Shown: positions 8,739-17,810, counted from the first letter of the stretch. The stretch: DNA of 64,000 nt from Armatimonadota bacterium (GCA_023511535.1 JAIMBK010000002.1:1900-65899), one strand, 5' to 3'. Program-made: numbers and translations. The notes: generated from the sequence alone by a model not told the origin.

Positions 8739-9542
8739 TTACTCAAAGAGCAGGCTTTCCAGGCCTAAAACTATTTTATCCAGCTTCATAACCTTGCGAA
8801 TGGCCAGCAGAATACCGGGCATAAAGGATTCCCTGGAAATGGAATCGTGCCGGATGGTCAGGGTCTGGCCAACGCCGCCAAAGATCACCTCCTGGTGGGC
8901 AACCAGCCCCGGCAAGCGGATACTGTGCAGGCGAATTCCCCCGTTAAAACAACCTCCCCGGGCGCCGGGAAGCTTCTCGATTTCGGACCTCATCCCCTGC
9001 TGAAAATCTTCTCTCGCTGCCGTTATCGCCTGAGCGGTTTTCAAGGCCGTCCCCGAAGGGGCATCCAGCTTTTGATCGTGGTGGAGCTCGATAATTTCGA
9101 CGCAGGGAAAATATTTGGCCGCCTGTACGGCAAAATTAATCATCAATACGGCGCCGATGGCGAAATTAGGGGCGATAATGCCGCCGATTTTGGATTCCCG
9201 GGCGATCTCCGTAATTTCTTTGATTTCCCCGGCACTCATCCCCGTTGTACCGACCACTGGCCGCACTTTCCAGCGCAGGGCGGTCTTTGCGTTGGCCGCT
9301 GCTGCTTCGGGGACGGTAAAGTCCACCATAACGTCAGGTCTTTTCTGGCTTAATTCCTCCTCCAGGTCATTTTTCACCGGGACTCCGATTTCTTCCCCGC
9401 CCAGGAGGGCACCGATGTCCTGCTCCTCGCCGCGCACGTCCACTGCGCCCACCAGCCGGAGATCGCCGGCCGAGATAACGCTCTTGCAAACCTCCCGGCC
9501 CATCTTGCCCAGGGCGCCGGCAACCAAAACATTAATCATCAT
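8739..9542 (-). CDS. dapB: 4-hydroxy-tetrahydrodipicolinate reductase
   Basis: 'VLVAGALGKMGREV' NAD(P)-binding motif and 'ELHHDQKLDAPSGTA' DapB signature. Confidence 0.95.
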   Translation of the reverse strand: MMINVLVAGALGKMGREVCKSVISAGDLRLVGAVDVRGEEQDIGALLGGEEIGVPVKNDLEEELSQKRPDVMVDFTVPEAAAANAKTALRWKVRPVVGTTGMSAGEIKEITEIARESKIGGIIAPNFAIGAVLMINFAVQAAKYFPCVEIIELHHDQKLDAPSGTALKTAQAITAAREDFQQGMRSEIEKLPGARGGCFNGGIRLHSIRLPGLVAHQEVIFGGVGQTLTIRHDSISRESFMPGILLAIRKVMKLDKIVLGLESLLFE

Positions 9543-9678
9543 GGCGCGGGGCCTTGCCCCTTATTTCCTCCTTTTGTCTAAATTAAAAGATTTAACTTCG
9601 CTATAAAATATCCAAAAACCTCTTTTTAAATTCAAAAAAAACGGGTAACGTATAATCTTACCGGCGGCCAACCATAAT

Positions 9679-9717
9679 AAAAAAGCAGTGCCCGGGTACA
9701 TTTGAGCCGTCCGGGCA
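9679..9717 (-). terminator. putative rho-independent terminator after small ORF 9742-9978
   Basis: Minus-strand stem TGCCCGG/CCGGGCA (9711-9717 with 9689-9695), then CUGC + U6. The loop is long (15 nt), so confidence is only moderate. Confidence 0.45.
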
Positions 9718-9741
9718 TCCTTACGGGGGAATCCCTGTTTT

Positions 9742-9978
9742 CTATTCCTCCGGTTCTGGGATCGATTGCGGAAAAGCGTGCGGAAGGAAAAGGTTGGCGC
9801 TGTCCGTCCGTACTTCTGGAACCACCAGATTACCTCGCCCGCCGCCCGGCCACCCCGGATACCGGAAATCGGCGGAAAAAAAGCCGGAAGTGCCGGTCAC
9901 GAGATAGCAATACCTGACCTCCCCCGGATAATAAGTAAACCTTATCTCACTGAACTTTTTTCTTTCTTCCTCCACCAT
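9742..9978 (-). CDS. hypothetical small protein (78 aa)
   Basis: GGGAGGA lies 5 nt upstream of the ATG and a terminator-like hairpin lies downstream. I recognise no family. Confidence 0.4.
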   Translation of the reverse strand: MVEEERKKFSEIRFTYYPGEVRYCYLVTGTSGFFSADFRYPGWPGGGRGNLVVPEVRTDSANLFLPHAFPQSIPEPEE

Positions 9979-10054
9979 TTTTTCCTCCCGTTTCCCGACT
10001 CACAATGTTGCTCTATCCCGCCTTCGTACCTCCGGGTTCCTGTCCCTTTTTCCC

Positions 10055-10078
10055 TTTATGCCTTTGCGCCTCCGTGCC
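10055..10078 (+). repeat. TTTGTGCC-family array (TTTATGCC TTTGCGCC TCCGTGCC)
   Basis: Read directly; just 3' of the Clp-fold protease gene. Confidence 0.7.
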
Positions 10079-10080
10079 TC

Positions 10081-11067
10081 TCAGATCACCGTCCGCCACC
10101 CCTGTTTTAAAATGTTCACATTCACTTTTCCGGCTTCGGGAAAATCGCTCCTTTCCACCATCCCGGAAAAAATAAAACAATCCTGGCCGTACTCCGACTC
10201 GATGATGCCGCCGGCAACGTCGAATTCGGCGCGCGGCCCGTGCAGCAGCTGAACCGGGTTGAAAGGTTCGTTTAAACACAGCTCCCCGGCGTAGCACTGA
10301 TACAGGTCCCAAATAAATTTTTCCAGTTCCCGGGAGGGGTAGGCAACCGGCAAACCGATTTCTTCGGCGGCTTCCCGGCGGGAAATCATATGGTTATGGG
10401 CATAGAGCTTTTCCGTTAAATGATCGACGACTCTTTGGACCTCCGCCCGGACGTCGTGGTTTTTCCTTAAACCGAGCAGTCTGGCGGCGAGGGAGCGTAT
10501 GAGCAGGTAATTCCGGTGTACATTGCCCAGAGCAAGCGGATGAATGCGCTCGACCAGCAAGGCAAAAACCTTTCCCAACTCGGCCTCGCTGGTTAATCCG
10601 GCCACTTCCCTGGCCAGGGTCAGGTACGAGTAAACGTCTTCGATGTTTACCGGGATCCGGGCCACCGGATTGGCGGGATCTTGAGGGTTAAAGGCGTTTA
10701 CGACGCTGGGGTCGATGGGGCCCAACTCCCCCATTTTCCCCATCACGATTTCGTCCGCGCCCAGGCAGACCAGCGTTCCGGCGCTGTAGGCCCGGAAAGG
10801 CACCAGGACGTTAAATTCGTCGGCATATTCCCGGATCAGGTGCACCAGCCGCCAGGGCGTTAGAATGTCTCCTCCCCGGGTATAAAGAAACAAGTCGATT
10901 CTCTTTCGCCGCCCGATCATTTCCAGGTGGCGGTAAAAAACGGGCAGAACATCGGGCGCTATGCGGGTATTCACGTTTTCCCGGTCTCCGGTCAAATAGC
11001 AGATCACTGCCGACTCCCGCAGCCCGGCTATTTTCTGGATCGTTTTTACCCTTTTTTCCCTGCCCAA
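10081..11067 (-). CDS. SDH-family Clp-fold serine protease (ClpP/crotonase-like)
   Basis: 'IDLFLYTRGGDILTPWRLVHLIREY...FRAYSAGTLVCLGADEIVM' resembles the serine dehydrogenase proteinase family. Motif-level recognition only. Confidence 0.6.
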   Translation of the reverse strand: MGREKRVKTIQKIAGLRESAVICYLTGDRENVNTRIAPDVLPVFYRHLEMIGRRKRIDLFLYTRGGDILTPWRLVHLIREYADEFNVLVPFRAYSAGTLVCLGADEIVMGKMGELGPIDPSVVNAFNPQDPANPVARIPVNIEDVYSYLTLAREVAGLTSEAELGKVFALLVERIHPLALGNVHRNYLLIRSLAARLLGLRKNHDVRAEVQRVVDHLTEKLYAHNHMISRREAAEEIGLPVAYPSRELEKFIWDLYQCYAGELCLNEPFNPVQLLHGPRAEFDVAGGIIESEYGQDCFIFSGMVERSDFPEAGKVNVNILKQGWRTVI

Positions 11068-11224
11068 ATGCGGCCACCTCTACAGTTTAGTATTACCCGC
11101 CGAAGAAATCTTATGGTTGTTTTTTTTCGTTCTTCCCTGCTATAATAGTCAAGGTAATCTGCGCCATAAAACCATGCTGTCGCCAACGAAGGCGGCTTAA
11201 GTTTTCCAATCGTGCGGAGAGGAG

Positions 11225-12007
11225 ATGTGGAAATTGCTGGTTGATCTAAACCCCGTTGCTTTTCAAATCGGACCGCTGGCCGTGCGCTGGTACGGCATTT
11301 TTATGGCCCTTTCCTTTTTGTTCGCCGTCTGGTACATGTACGGGGAGGCCCGCCGGCGGGGCATCGACGAGGATTTTTTGTTAAATTTGAGCATTGTGGC
11401 CATTGTGGCGGGGGTGGCGGGGTCGCGCCTTTTGTTTGTGCTGGTCAATTACCCCGAATGGTTTATCCGCGATCCCCTGCAGGTGCTCAAAATTTATCAG
11501 GGTGGCCTGGCCTGGCACGGCGGCCTGTTCGGCGGCGCCCTGGCCGGCTGGTGGTACTGCCGGCGCAAAGGCGTCAGTTTCAACGTGCTGGCCGACCTGG
11601 GAGTGCCGGGAATTGCCCTCGGTTACGCCATGATTCGGGTGGCGAACATCTTCAACCAGGAGGTGCTGGGCAGGCCCACCGATTTCTGGTTTGACCGCTG
11701 GCCCGCCCAGCCCATCGGCACCGCCATCGGTTTGATTTTGCTGATCCGGTATTTCTACCTGAAAAGAAAGGATCTGCCGGCCGGGTACCAGTTCTGGTCG
11801 TTCGTTTTTTACCACCAGCTGCTCCGGGGGGCGGTGGAAGAAACTGTCCGGGAGATGCCGCTTGTTCTGATCGGTTACGTCGTTCCCCACTGGGGCCTGG
11901 GGTTTTTTACCATCGCCCAGCTGGCCACCCCGGTAATCATGGCCTTCGCCTACTGGATGATGCGGCAAACTTATACCAGGTGGCGCCGGAAGTTCAAGTT
12001 GGCCTGA
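11225..12007 (+). CDS. lgt: prolipoprotein diacylglyceryl transferase
   Basis: 'GPLAVRWYGIFMALSF', 'GSRLLFV' and 'GGLAWHGGLFGG' are typical Lgt motifs in a polytopic membrane protein. Confidence 0.9.
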   Translation: MWKLLVDLNPVAFQIGPLAVRWYGIFMALSFLFAVWYMYGEARRRGIDEDFLLNLSIVAIVAGVAGSRLLFVLVNYPEWFIRDPLQVLKIYQGGLAWHGGLFGGALAGWWYCRRKGVSFNVLADLGVPGIALGYAMIRVANIFNQEVLGRPTDFWFDRWPAQPIGTAIGLILLIRYFYLKRKDLPAGYQFWSFVFYHQLLRGAVEETVREMPLVLIGYVVPHWGLGFFTIAQLATPVIMAFAYWMMRQTYTRWRRKFKLA

Positions 12008-12240
12008 TCGATTTCGACGATAATTACCTCTTTCCCGATCCTGCGTACCGCTTCCCAGGGGATGATCAATTGCTGGCGATCCACCCAGAAGTTCAGCAGG
12101 TTGCCCTTGCGGGGCAAAATAATGGAGCAGACCCGGCCCGTTTCCGCGTCGATGGCCAGGTCGCTTTCCCCGACCACGCCCAGGCGCGCCCCGTTGGCAA
12201 GGTTGACAATTTCTTTCCCCGTCAACTCGAAAAGCCTCAT
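11971..12240 (-). CDS. ymxH: YlmC/YmxH-family sporulation protein (PRC-barrel)
   Basis: 'MRLFELTGKEIVNLANGARLGVVGESDLAIDAETGRVCSIILP' is typical of this family. Start moved to Met15 of the ORF. Confidence 0.8.
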   Translation of the reverse strand: MRLFELTGKEIVNLANGARLGVVGESDLAIDAETGRVCSIILPRKGNLLNFWVDRQQLIIPWEAVRRIGKEVIIVEIDQANLNFRRHLV

Positions 12241-12244
12241 TTTT

Positions 12245-12583
12245 TTACCACCTTCGTCGCAGCATAAACAACCTTGAAACAAAAGGCTGGACGATCGCCA
12301 GGCCGATGGAAAGCGCCGCCAGCGGTTCCACCTGGACCTGACCGAGCGGAACCCGGCTGGGCAGATCCACCTTCAAAAATTCCAGGAGCATCACCAGCGA
12401 CAGATAAATCCCGCCGGCCAGACCGACCAGGTTCAGCACCGCCCGGGAAAGGGGTGACGCCTTGGTCTCCGGAAAAGAATCCAGCGAACCGGTGCGCAGC
12501 AGATGAATTTTTACCCTTTCCCGGATCGACAGCCCCGCCAGCGCCAACACAATCAGCCCGAAAACAAGCGAGCCGGTCAGCAT
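12245..12583 (-). CDS. hypothetical small membrane protein
   Basis: Three hydrophobic segments. GGGAGGTGGG RBS before the internal Met (MLTGSLVF...), with TATAAT about 20 nt further upstream. Confidence 0.5.
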   Translation of the reverse strand: MLTGSLVFGLIVLALAGLSIRERVKIHLLRTGSLDSFPETKASPLSRAVLNLVGLAGGIYLSLVMLLEFLKVDLPSRVPLGQVQVEPLAALSIGLAIVQPFVSRLFMLRRRW

Positions 12584-12667
12584 TGTCCCACCTCCCATTA
12601 GCATTATATGGGAAAGGGACAGGTTTTAGGACTGGATTTTCCATAGCGCCTACTTTATAAAATATCA

Positions 12668-12700
12668 GGCACACAGTTCCCATGCACAAAGACACAAAGG
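12668..12700 (-). repeat. TTTGTGCC-family array (inverse orientation)
   Basis: GGCACACAG...TGCACAAAG ACACAAAGG on the plus strand. Confidence 0.7.
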
Positions 12701-14034
12701 AAAATATTCTTCTTTGCGCCTTGCCGGAGAAAGAAAAAATCTGCTATGATTACGTGGGGGTGGTGGCAATCAAACTGCTGTTTATGAAGCGAAAAGAAAC
12801 AAAGCAGTCTGCCTTAACGGCGAGGGAAGTGGAGGAGCAAACCCGCCTGGCGCTGGCGGCTGTCTTCGCGCAGAAAAAATTATCCCCGGGGGCGAGAGTG
12901 GCCATTACCGCCGGCAGCCGGGGAATTGCCAACTACCTGACTATCCTGCGCACGGTGGCGGAATTTATCCGGGAGCACGGCGCGGAGCCTTTCCTGGTGC
13001 CGGCCATGGGCAGCCACGGCGGCGGCACGGTGGCCGGGCGGCGGGCGGTGCTGGCCGGCCTGGGGATTACGGAAGAAAGTGTAGGCGCGCCTATCGTGGA
13101 TGGGGACGACGTGGTAGAAGTCGACCGGGCCGGCGGTCTGCCGGTTTATGCGGACGCCCGGGCGAAAGTGGCGGACGGTATCCTGCTGATCAACCGGATC
13201 AAGCCGCATACGGCCTTCCGGGGCGAGCGGGAAAGCGGCCTTTTAAAAATGCTGGTGGTGGGGCTGGGCAAGGTGCCGGGCGCCGCCCTGTTTCACCGGC
13301 AGCCGCCGGAGCATCTGGCCGGTACATTGGACGCCATGGGGCAGGTATTGCTGAAAAATTTGCCCGTTCTGGGCGGAATAGCCCTGGTGGAAGACGCCGC
13401 GGAACAAACAGTGCTGATCGAAGGCATCCCTGCCGGAGAGATCCCGGTCCGCGAAGCCGAACTTTTAAAAACGGCGCGCGCCCTTTTGCCCCGCCTCCCC
13501 TTTACCGGCGCCGATCTTCTGATCGTGGACGAAATGGGCAAAAACTTCAGCGGCACCGGCATGGATACCAATATTATCGGCCGTTTCCGGATCGAGGGGG
13601 TGCCGGAGCCGGAAAATCCGCCGGCGAAAAGAATCTTCGTCCGGTCCCTCTCTCCCCTGTCCGAAGGCAACGCCAACGGGATCGGCCTGGCCGACTTTAC
13701 CACGGCAAGGCTTGTCCGGGCCATGGACCGCCGGGCCACCTACCTGAACATCCTTACCACGGGATACCTTAACCGGGGGATGCTTCCCCTGATCTTTGAA
13801 ACCGACCGGGAGGCCCTGGAGGCAGCGGCCCAAAGCCTGAAAAAAACTCTGGCGGAATGCTCCGCGGCCTGGATCAAAAACACCCTCCACCTGCAGGAGA
13901 TCCTGGTTACACCGGACCTGGCTGGACCCTGCCGGGATGCCGGCTACGAACCGGTAAAAGAAGCGGAACTGGCTTTTGATGGGGACGGAAATCTAGTCCC
14001 CTGCTGGGGGAAAACAGGGGAACAATCCCCTTAA
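12682..14034 (+). CDS. conserved uncharacterised protein, possibly LarA_N/DUF2088-like (lactate-racemase-domain family); start uncertain
   Basis: 'ITAGSRGIANY...LVPAMGSHGGGT...INRIKPHTAF...ESGLLKMLVVGLGK' is a conserved family that I recall being annotated as lactate racemase domain-containing. The assignment is tentative. Met35 (12784) is an alternative start. Confidence 0.5.
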   Translation: MHKDTKENILLCALPEKEKICYDYVGVVAIKLLFMKRKETKQSALTAREVEEQTRLALAAVFAQKKLSPGARVAITAGSRGIANYLTILRTVAEFIREHGAEPFLVPAMGSHGGGTVAGRRAVLAGLGITEESVGAPIVDGDDVVEVDRAGGLPVYADARAKVADGILLINRIKPHTAFRGERESGLLKMLVVGLGKVPGAALFHRQPPEHLAGTLDAMGQVLLKNLPVLGGIALVEDAAEQTVLIEGIPAGEIPVREAELLKTARALLPRLPFTGADLLIVDEMGKNFSGTGMDTNIIGRFRIEGVPEPENPPAKRIFVRSLSPLSEGNANGIGLADFTTARLVRAMDRRATYLNILTTGYLNRGMLPLIFETDREALEAAAQSLKKTLAECSAAWIKNTLHLQEILVTPDLAGPCRDAGYEPVKEAELAFDGDGNLVPCWGKTGEQSP

Positions 14035-14084
14035 AACAAGGGGGAGCCTCCTTATTTTCACCTTCCCCCAACACAAGTATTTCC

Positions 14085-14114
14085 TTTGTGCCTTTGTACC
14101 TGTTGCCTCTGTCC
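14085..14114 (+). repeat. TTTGTGCC-family array in the glcD leader
   Basis: TTTGTGCC TTTGTACC TGTTGCC TCTGTCC, 28-57 nt upstream of the glcD ATG, in sense orientation. Confidence 0.75.
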
Positions 14115-14141
14115 TCTATTTTCGAAGGAGTAAGGCCGAAG

Positions 14142-15518
14142 ATGACGATAATTCAAAAACTGGCCGCCTTGGTCGGCCAACAAAATGTTTTCAGCACCCC
14201 CGAAGCGCGCTACGCCTACAGCTACGACGCCACCTTCCGGCGCTGCCAGCCGGACGTGGTGGTGCGGCCGGCGAACACGGAAGAGGTTTCGGGGATCTTA
14301 CGCCTGGCCTGGGAGACGCAAACCCCGGTGGTACCGCGGGGGGCGGGGACGGGCCTTTCCGGCGGGTCGGTACCGGTGCGGGGCGGAATCGCCCTGGATC
14401 TTACCCGGATGAATCGCATTCTGGAAATCAACACCGCCGATCTGCTGGCCGTAGTGGAGCCGGGGGTGGTAACGGACGATTTCGCCCGGGCCGTGGCCGA
14501 AAAAGGCTTTTTCTTCCCGCCGGACCCCTCCAGCAGCAAATCCTCCACCATCGGCGGCAACCTGGCCGAAAACGCCGGCGGCAGCCGGGCCTTCAAATAC
14601 GGCGTAATCAGGGATTACACCCTGGGTCTGGAGGTGGTCCTGGCCGACGGCCGGGTCATCCGCACCGGGGGGCGGACCATTAAAAACGTCTCCGGATACG
14701 ATCTGACCAGACTTTTCGTAGGATCCGAAGGGACCCTTGGGGTAATCACGCAGGCCATTTTGAGGTTCATCCCCCCGCCCGAGGCAACCCGCACGCTGCT
14801 CACCTTCTTTCCCCGCCTGGACGACGCGGCCCGTACCGTCAGCGCTATCATCGCCCGGGGAATTACGCCCGCCGCCCTGGAGTTCATGGACGACCAGAGC
14901 ATCCGGGTGGTGGAGGAATATTTGCACCTGGGCCTGCCCCTGGACGTGGAGGCGTTGCTCCTGATCGAGGTCGATGGGCCGGCCGCCGTGCTCGCGCAGC
15001 AAATTGCCGAAATCGCCGCCTTGTGCCGGGAAATGGGCTCCCGGGAAGTGCAGGTGGCCAGCACGGCCAGAGAAGCTGAAAACCTGTGGAAGGCGCGCAA
15101 AGCCATTTCTCCGGCGGTGGCCCGGATCAAGCCTACCAAAATCTCCGAGGACGCCACCGTGCCGCGCAGCCGGATCCCCGAAATGGTCAGGCGGCTGAAA
15201 GAAATTGCCGCCAAATACGATTTAAAGATCGTGATTTTCGGCCACGCCGGGGACGGCAACCTCCACCCGAACATCATGTGCGACGAGCGGGACGCCGACG
15301 AAATGCGGCGCGTGGAACAGGCGGTGGCCGAGATTTTCCAGGCCGCCCTGGAACTGGGCGGCACCCTTTCGGGCGAACACGGCATCGGCTTTTTGAAGGC
15401 GCCCTTTATGCCCCGGGAACACGGCGAAAACGGGCTTTGGGCCATGCGGTCAATCAAACAGGCCCTGGATCCCAGGGGAATCCTGAACCCGGGGAAAATC
15501 TTTCCGCTGGCTCAATAA
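14142..15518 (+). CDS. glcD: FAD-linked oxidase, glycolate oxidase GlcD / D-lactate dehydrogenase type
   Basis: 'PRGAGTGLSGGSVP' FAD-binding PCMH motif and C-terminal 'GTLSGEHGIGFLK'. Start placed at Met19 after GGAG. Confidence 0.85.
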   Translation: MTIIQKLAALVGQQNVFSTPEARYAYSYDATFRRCQPDVVVRPANTEEVSGILRLAWETQTPVVPRGAGTGLSGGSVPVRGGIALDLTRMNRILEINTADLLAVVEPGVVTDDFARAVAEKGFFFPPDPSSSKSSTIGGNLAENAGGSRAFKYGVIRDYTLGLEVVLADGRVIRTGGRTIKNVSGYDLTRLFVGSEGTLGVITQAILRFIPPPEATRTLLTFFPRLDDAARTVSAIIARGITPAALEFMDDQSIRVVEEYLHLGLPLDVEALLLIEVDGPAAVLAQQIAEIAALCREMGSREVQVASTAREAENLWKARKAISPAVARIKPTKISEDATVPRSRIPEMVRRLKEIAAKYDLKIVIFGHAGDGNLHPNIMCDERDADEMRRVEQAVAEIFQAALELGGTLSGEHGIGFLKAPFMPREHGENGLWAMRSIKQALDPRGILNPGKIFPLAQ

Positions 15519-15557
15519 GTTAATAATATAGGTGCCGGGCACCGGCTATTAACTTTT

Positions 15558-16910
15558 TTGGAAGGAGATATACCGATTAAGAAAGGTGTTTTGGACCCGC
15601 TGCCGGAAGAGCTCTATTTGCGGTGCGTGCACTGCGGGATGTGCGTGCGGAACTGTCCGACCTTTCAGGAAACCGGGCTGGAAATGGATTCACCCCGGGG
15701 ACGGGTGCAGTTGCTGCGGGGCCTCAACCGGGGTGAACTGGCTGCTGGTCCGGGCCTTTTCCGGACGATCTGGAGCTGCCTGGACTGCCGGGCCTGCGAG
15801 GCGGTCTGTCCGTCGGGGGTGCGCATCGGGTTTTTGGTGGAGGAGGCGCGCGGGCAGTTTTTCGAAGGCGGTTATCGGCGCAGCAAGGGGGCTTTCCTGC
15901 TGAACCTGGCCATGCGCTTTCTTTTCCCCTACCCCGGGCGACTGGAACTGGCCGGGCGGCTTTTGCGCTTTTACCAGCGCTCCGGCTTGCGGACCGCAGC
16001 CCGGCGGCTGGGCATCCTGAGGCTTTTTCCGCCCGCCGTCCGGGAAATAGAACGAATTTTACCGGAAGTCCCGGCCAAAACGGCCAGGGCAATTCTGACC
16101 GGGGCAAATCAAAACGGAAGGGAAGAAAACGGAACAGGGGTAAAGGCGGGAAACGGCCGCACCGCGGGCCTTTTTTTGGGCTGTGTGATGGACGTCCTTT
16201 TCGCCGAAATAAACCTGGCCACGGCCCGCCTCCTGGAGCGGCACGGCTTCCAGGTGACGGCCCCGGCCGGCCAGCGCTGCTGCGGTGCCCTGCACCTGCA
16301 TAACGGCAGCCGCGAGCAGGCCAAAAAGCTGGCCCGCCGGAATATCGACGCCTTCCTGGCGGCCGGGGTGGATTACGTAGTGACCAACGCCGGCGGGTGC
16401 GGGGCGGCTCTTCGGGAGTACCCGGAGCTTCTCGCCGGCGACCCCGTTTACGCGGACAGGGCGCGGGAATTTTCCCGGAAAGTAATTGACATCGCCCAGC
16501 TTCTGGAACAAACCGGTTTTCTCCCGCCGCGGGGCTCTTTCCCCCGCCAGGTTGCTTACCAGGCCTCCTGCCACCTGAAAAACGTCATGGGGGTCGCCGA
16601 CGCCCCCAAGCGTCTGCTCCGGCAGGTGCCGGGGCTCACGCTGCTGGAGATGCCCGACGAAGCCCGCTGCTGCGGCAGCGCCGGCATCTACAACCTCACC
16701 CACCCGGAAATGGCCGAGGCCCTTTTGCGCCGCAAGATGGCCGACCTCCCGCCCGGCACGGAGGTCATCGCCACCGGCAATCCCGGCTGCCTATTGCAGC
16801 TCATGCACGGGGCGGAAAAATACGGCCCGCCCGTGCAGGTCAAACACGTGGTCGAAATCCTGGAGGAGGCCTACGCGGCGGGTGAGCGCAAAAAAGTTAC
16901 CCTAACTTAA
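15558..16910 (+). CDS. glcF: Fe-S oxidoreductase, GlcF-like (2x[4Fe-4S] ferredoxin motifs + two CCG domains)
   Basis: 'CVHCGMCVRNCP' and 'CLDCRACEAVCP', plus two cysteine-rich CCG-type repeats ('CCGALH...', 'CCGSAG...GNPGC'). Confidence 0.85.
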   Translation: MEGDIPIKKGVLDPLPEELYLRCVHCGMCVRNCPTFQETGLEMDSPRGRVQLLRGLNRGELAAGPGLFRTIWSCLDCRACEAVCPSGVRIGFLVEEARGQFFEGGYRRSKGAFLLNLAMRFLFPYPGRLELAGRLLRFYQRSGLRTAARRLGILRLFPPAVREIERILPEVPAKTARAILTGANQNGREENGTGVKAGNGRTAGLFLGCVMDVLFAEINLATARLLERHGFQVTAPAGQRCCGALHLHNGSREQAKKLARRNIDAFLAAGVDYVVTNAGGCGAALREYPELLAGDPVYADRAREFSRKVIDIAQLLEQTGFLPPRGSFPRQVAYQASCHLKNVMGVADAPKRLLRQVPGLTLLEMPDEARCCGSAGIYNLTHPEMAEALLRRKMADLPPGTEVIATGNPGCLLQLMHGAEKYGPPVQVKHVVEILEEAYAAGERKKVTLT

Positions 16911-17330
16911 TTCAAGTATCCGGAGAAATTCGGCGGGCGTGATAATTTTTATCCCTTTGTACATACTTAATTCCAGGAGGTGTTTGTTTCCGCTGACAGT
17001 ATAATCTGCTTCCGATTCGACGGCGGTAGCAATGAAAATGTCGTCATCCGGATCGGCGCTCACTATTTTAACTTCCCTTTGACCGGGAACGACTGTAGCC
17101 AGGCGCTTTAGACCGGCAATAAATTTACCTGGTAAATTTTCCCCGAGATGATGAAAGTAACGCTTGATTTTTTCCCTGTGGAGGACTTCATTAATTTCGG
17201 CGATTATTTTTGGAGACACAACCAGCTCGAACTTCCCCGCCCGCCAGGCGGCAAGTAGCTTGGCCGGTGTTCCGCGAGGACTAATCAAGCCGGAAATCAA
17301 AACATTGGTGTCGAGGACCGCCTTTCTCAT
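16902..17330 (-). CDS. PIN-domain toxin (type II TA)
   Basis: 'AVLDTNVLISGLISPRGTPAKLL' PIN N-terminal acidic motif and a later 'DPDDDIFIATA'. ATGA start/stop overlap with the upstream antitoxin gene. Confidence 0.8.
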   Translation of the reverse strand: MRKAVLDTNVLISGLISPRGTPAKLLAAWRAGKFELVVSPKIIAEINEVLHREKIKRYFHHLGENLPGKFIAGLKRLATVVPGQREVKIVSADPDDDIFIATAVESEADYTVSGNKHLLELSMYKGIKIITPAEFLRILELS

Positions 17331-17602
17331 CTTTTTTTCCGGCGAACTTCTTGAACAGCTTCCAGAACGTCTTTTTCTGCCTGTTCTTGATCTGCATCTT
17401 TATTGGCCTCCCAAACCTCGCCAATTAAATTAAAAAACTCTTCCTTTTCTTTCTGCCATTTTTGATACTCGCTGATGGGGATAATAGCCGCCATCGGCTT
17501 TCCCCGCCGGGCAATGATAAATTGATTTCCGCTATAATAGGCTTCCTCTATAATTTGACCCAGCTTATCCCTGGCTTCCATGGGACTGATTATCCTTTCC
17601 AA
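17327..17602 (-). CDS. Phd/YefM-family antitoxin
   Basis: 'ISPMEARDKLGQIIEEAYYSGNQFIIARRGKPMAAIIPISEYQ' is a typical Phd/YefM N-terminal fold sequence. Start set at the TTG preceded by GGAGGTG. Confidence 0.75.
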   Translation of the reverse strand: MERIISPMEARDKLGQIIEEAYYSGNQFIIARRGKPMAAIIPISEYQKWQKEKEEFFNLIGEVWEANKDADQEQAEKDVLEAVQEVRRKKR

Positions 17603-17631
17603 ATAAAACACCTCCAAATTTGGCAATTAAG

Positions 17632-17647
17632 GTACTTTCCCAAGTAC
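17632..17647. promoter_or_regulatory. perfect palindrome GTACTT-N4-AAGTAC, candidate antitoxin operator
   Basis: Read directly. Lies just downstream of the predicted -10 box of the TA promoter and 30-45 nt upstream of the antitoxin start. Confidence 0.4.
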
Positions 17648-17651
17648 GAAT

Positions 17652-17680
17652 ATATTAGCATATTGCCATGGTAATGTCAA
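17652..17680 (-). promoter_or_regulatory. sigma-A-type promoter of the Phd/PIN operon
   Basis: Minus strand reads TTGACA - 17 nt - TAATAT (plus-strand tgtcaa 17675-17680, atatta 17652-17657). Confidence 0.5.
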
Positions 17681-17810
17681 AGTAAATTACATTTTCCATG
17701 ACTGAATTGCTCCGGGCCGGCAGGAATTCCTTTCTCCGGAGCGAATTTTTGTTTAAAATGACCATGGAAAAAGCCGGGATTACCAGCCAGACAGATAAGA
17801 GGGTCCGTTT

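Noticed and set aside
9543-9741. Lysine (L-box) riboswitch upstream of dapB (also checked 6907-6992 and 3442-3627)
   Set aside because: I could not recognise the conserved L-box helices or core, and the spacers are short and mostly AT-rich promoter-like sequence. A covariance-model scan (Rfam Lysine) would be needed to be definitive.
17663-17691. Divergent plus-strand promoter for gene A (TTGCCA ... TAAATT/ATTACA)
   Set aside because: Spacing is 15 or 19 nt depending on the -10 box chosen, and both hexamers are weak. Left uncalled. The transcription start of the four-gene operon needs experimental mapping.
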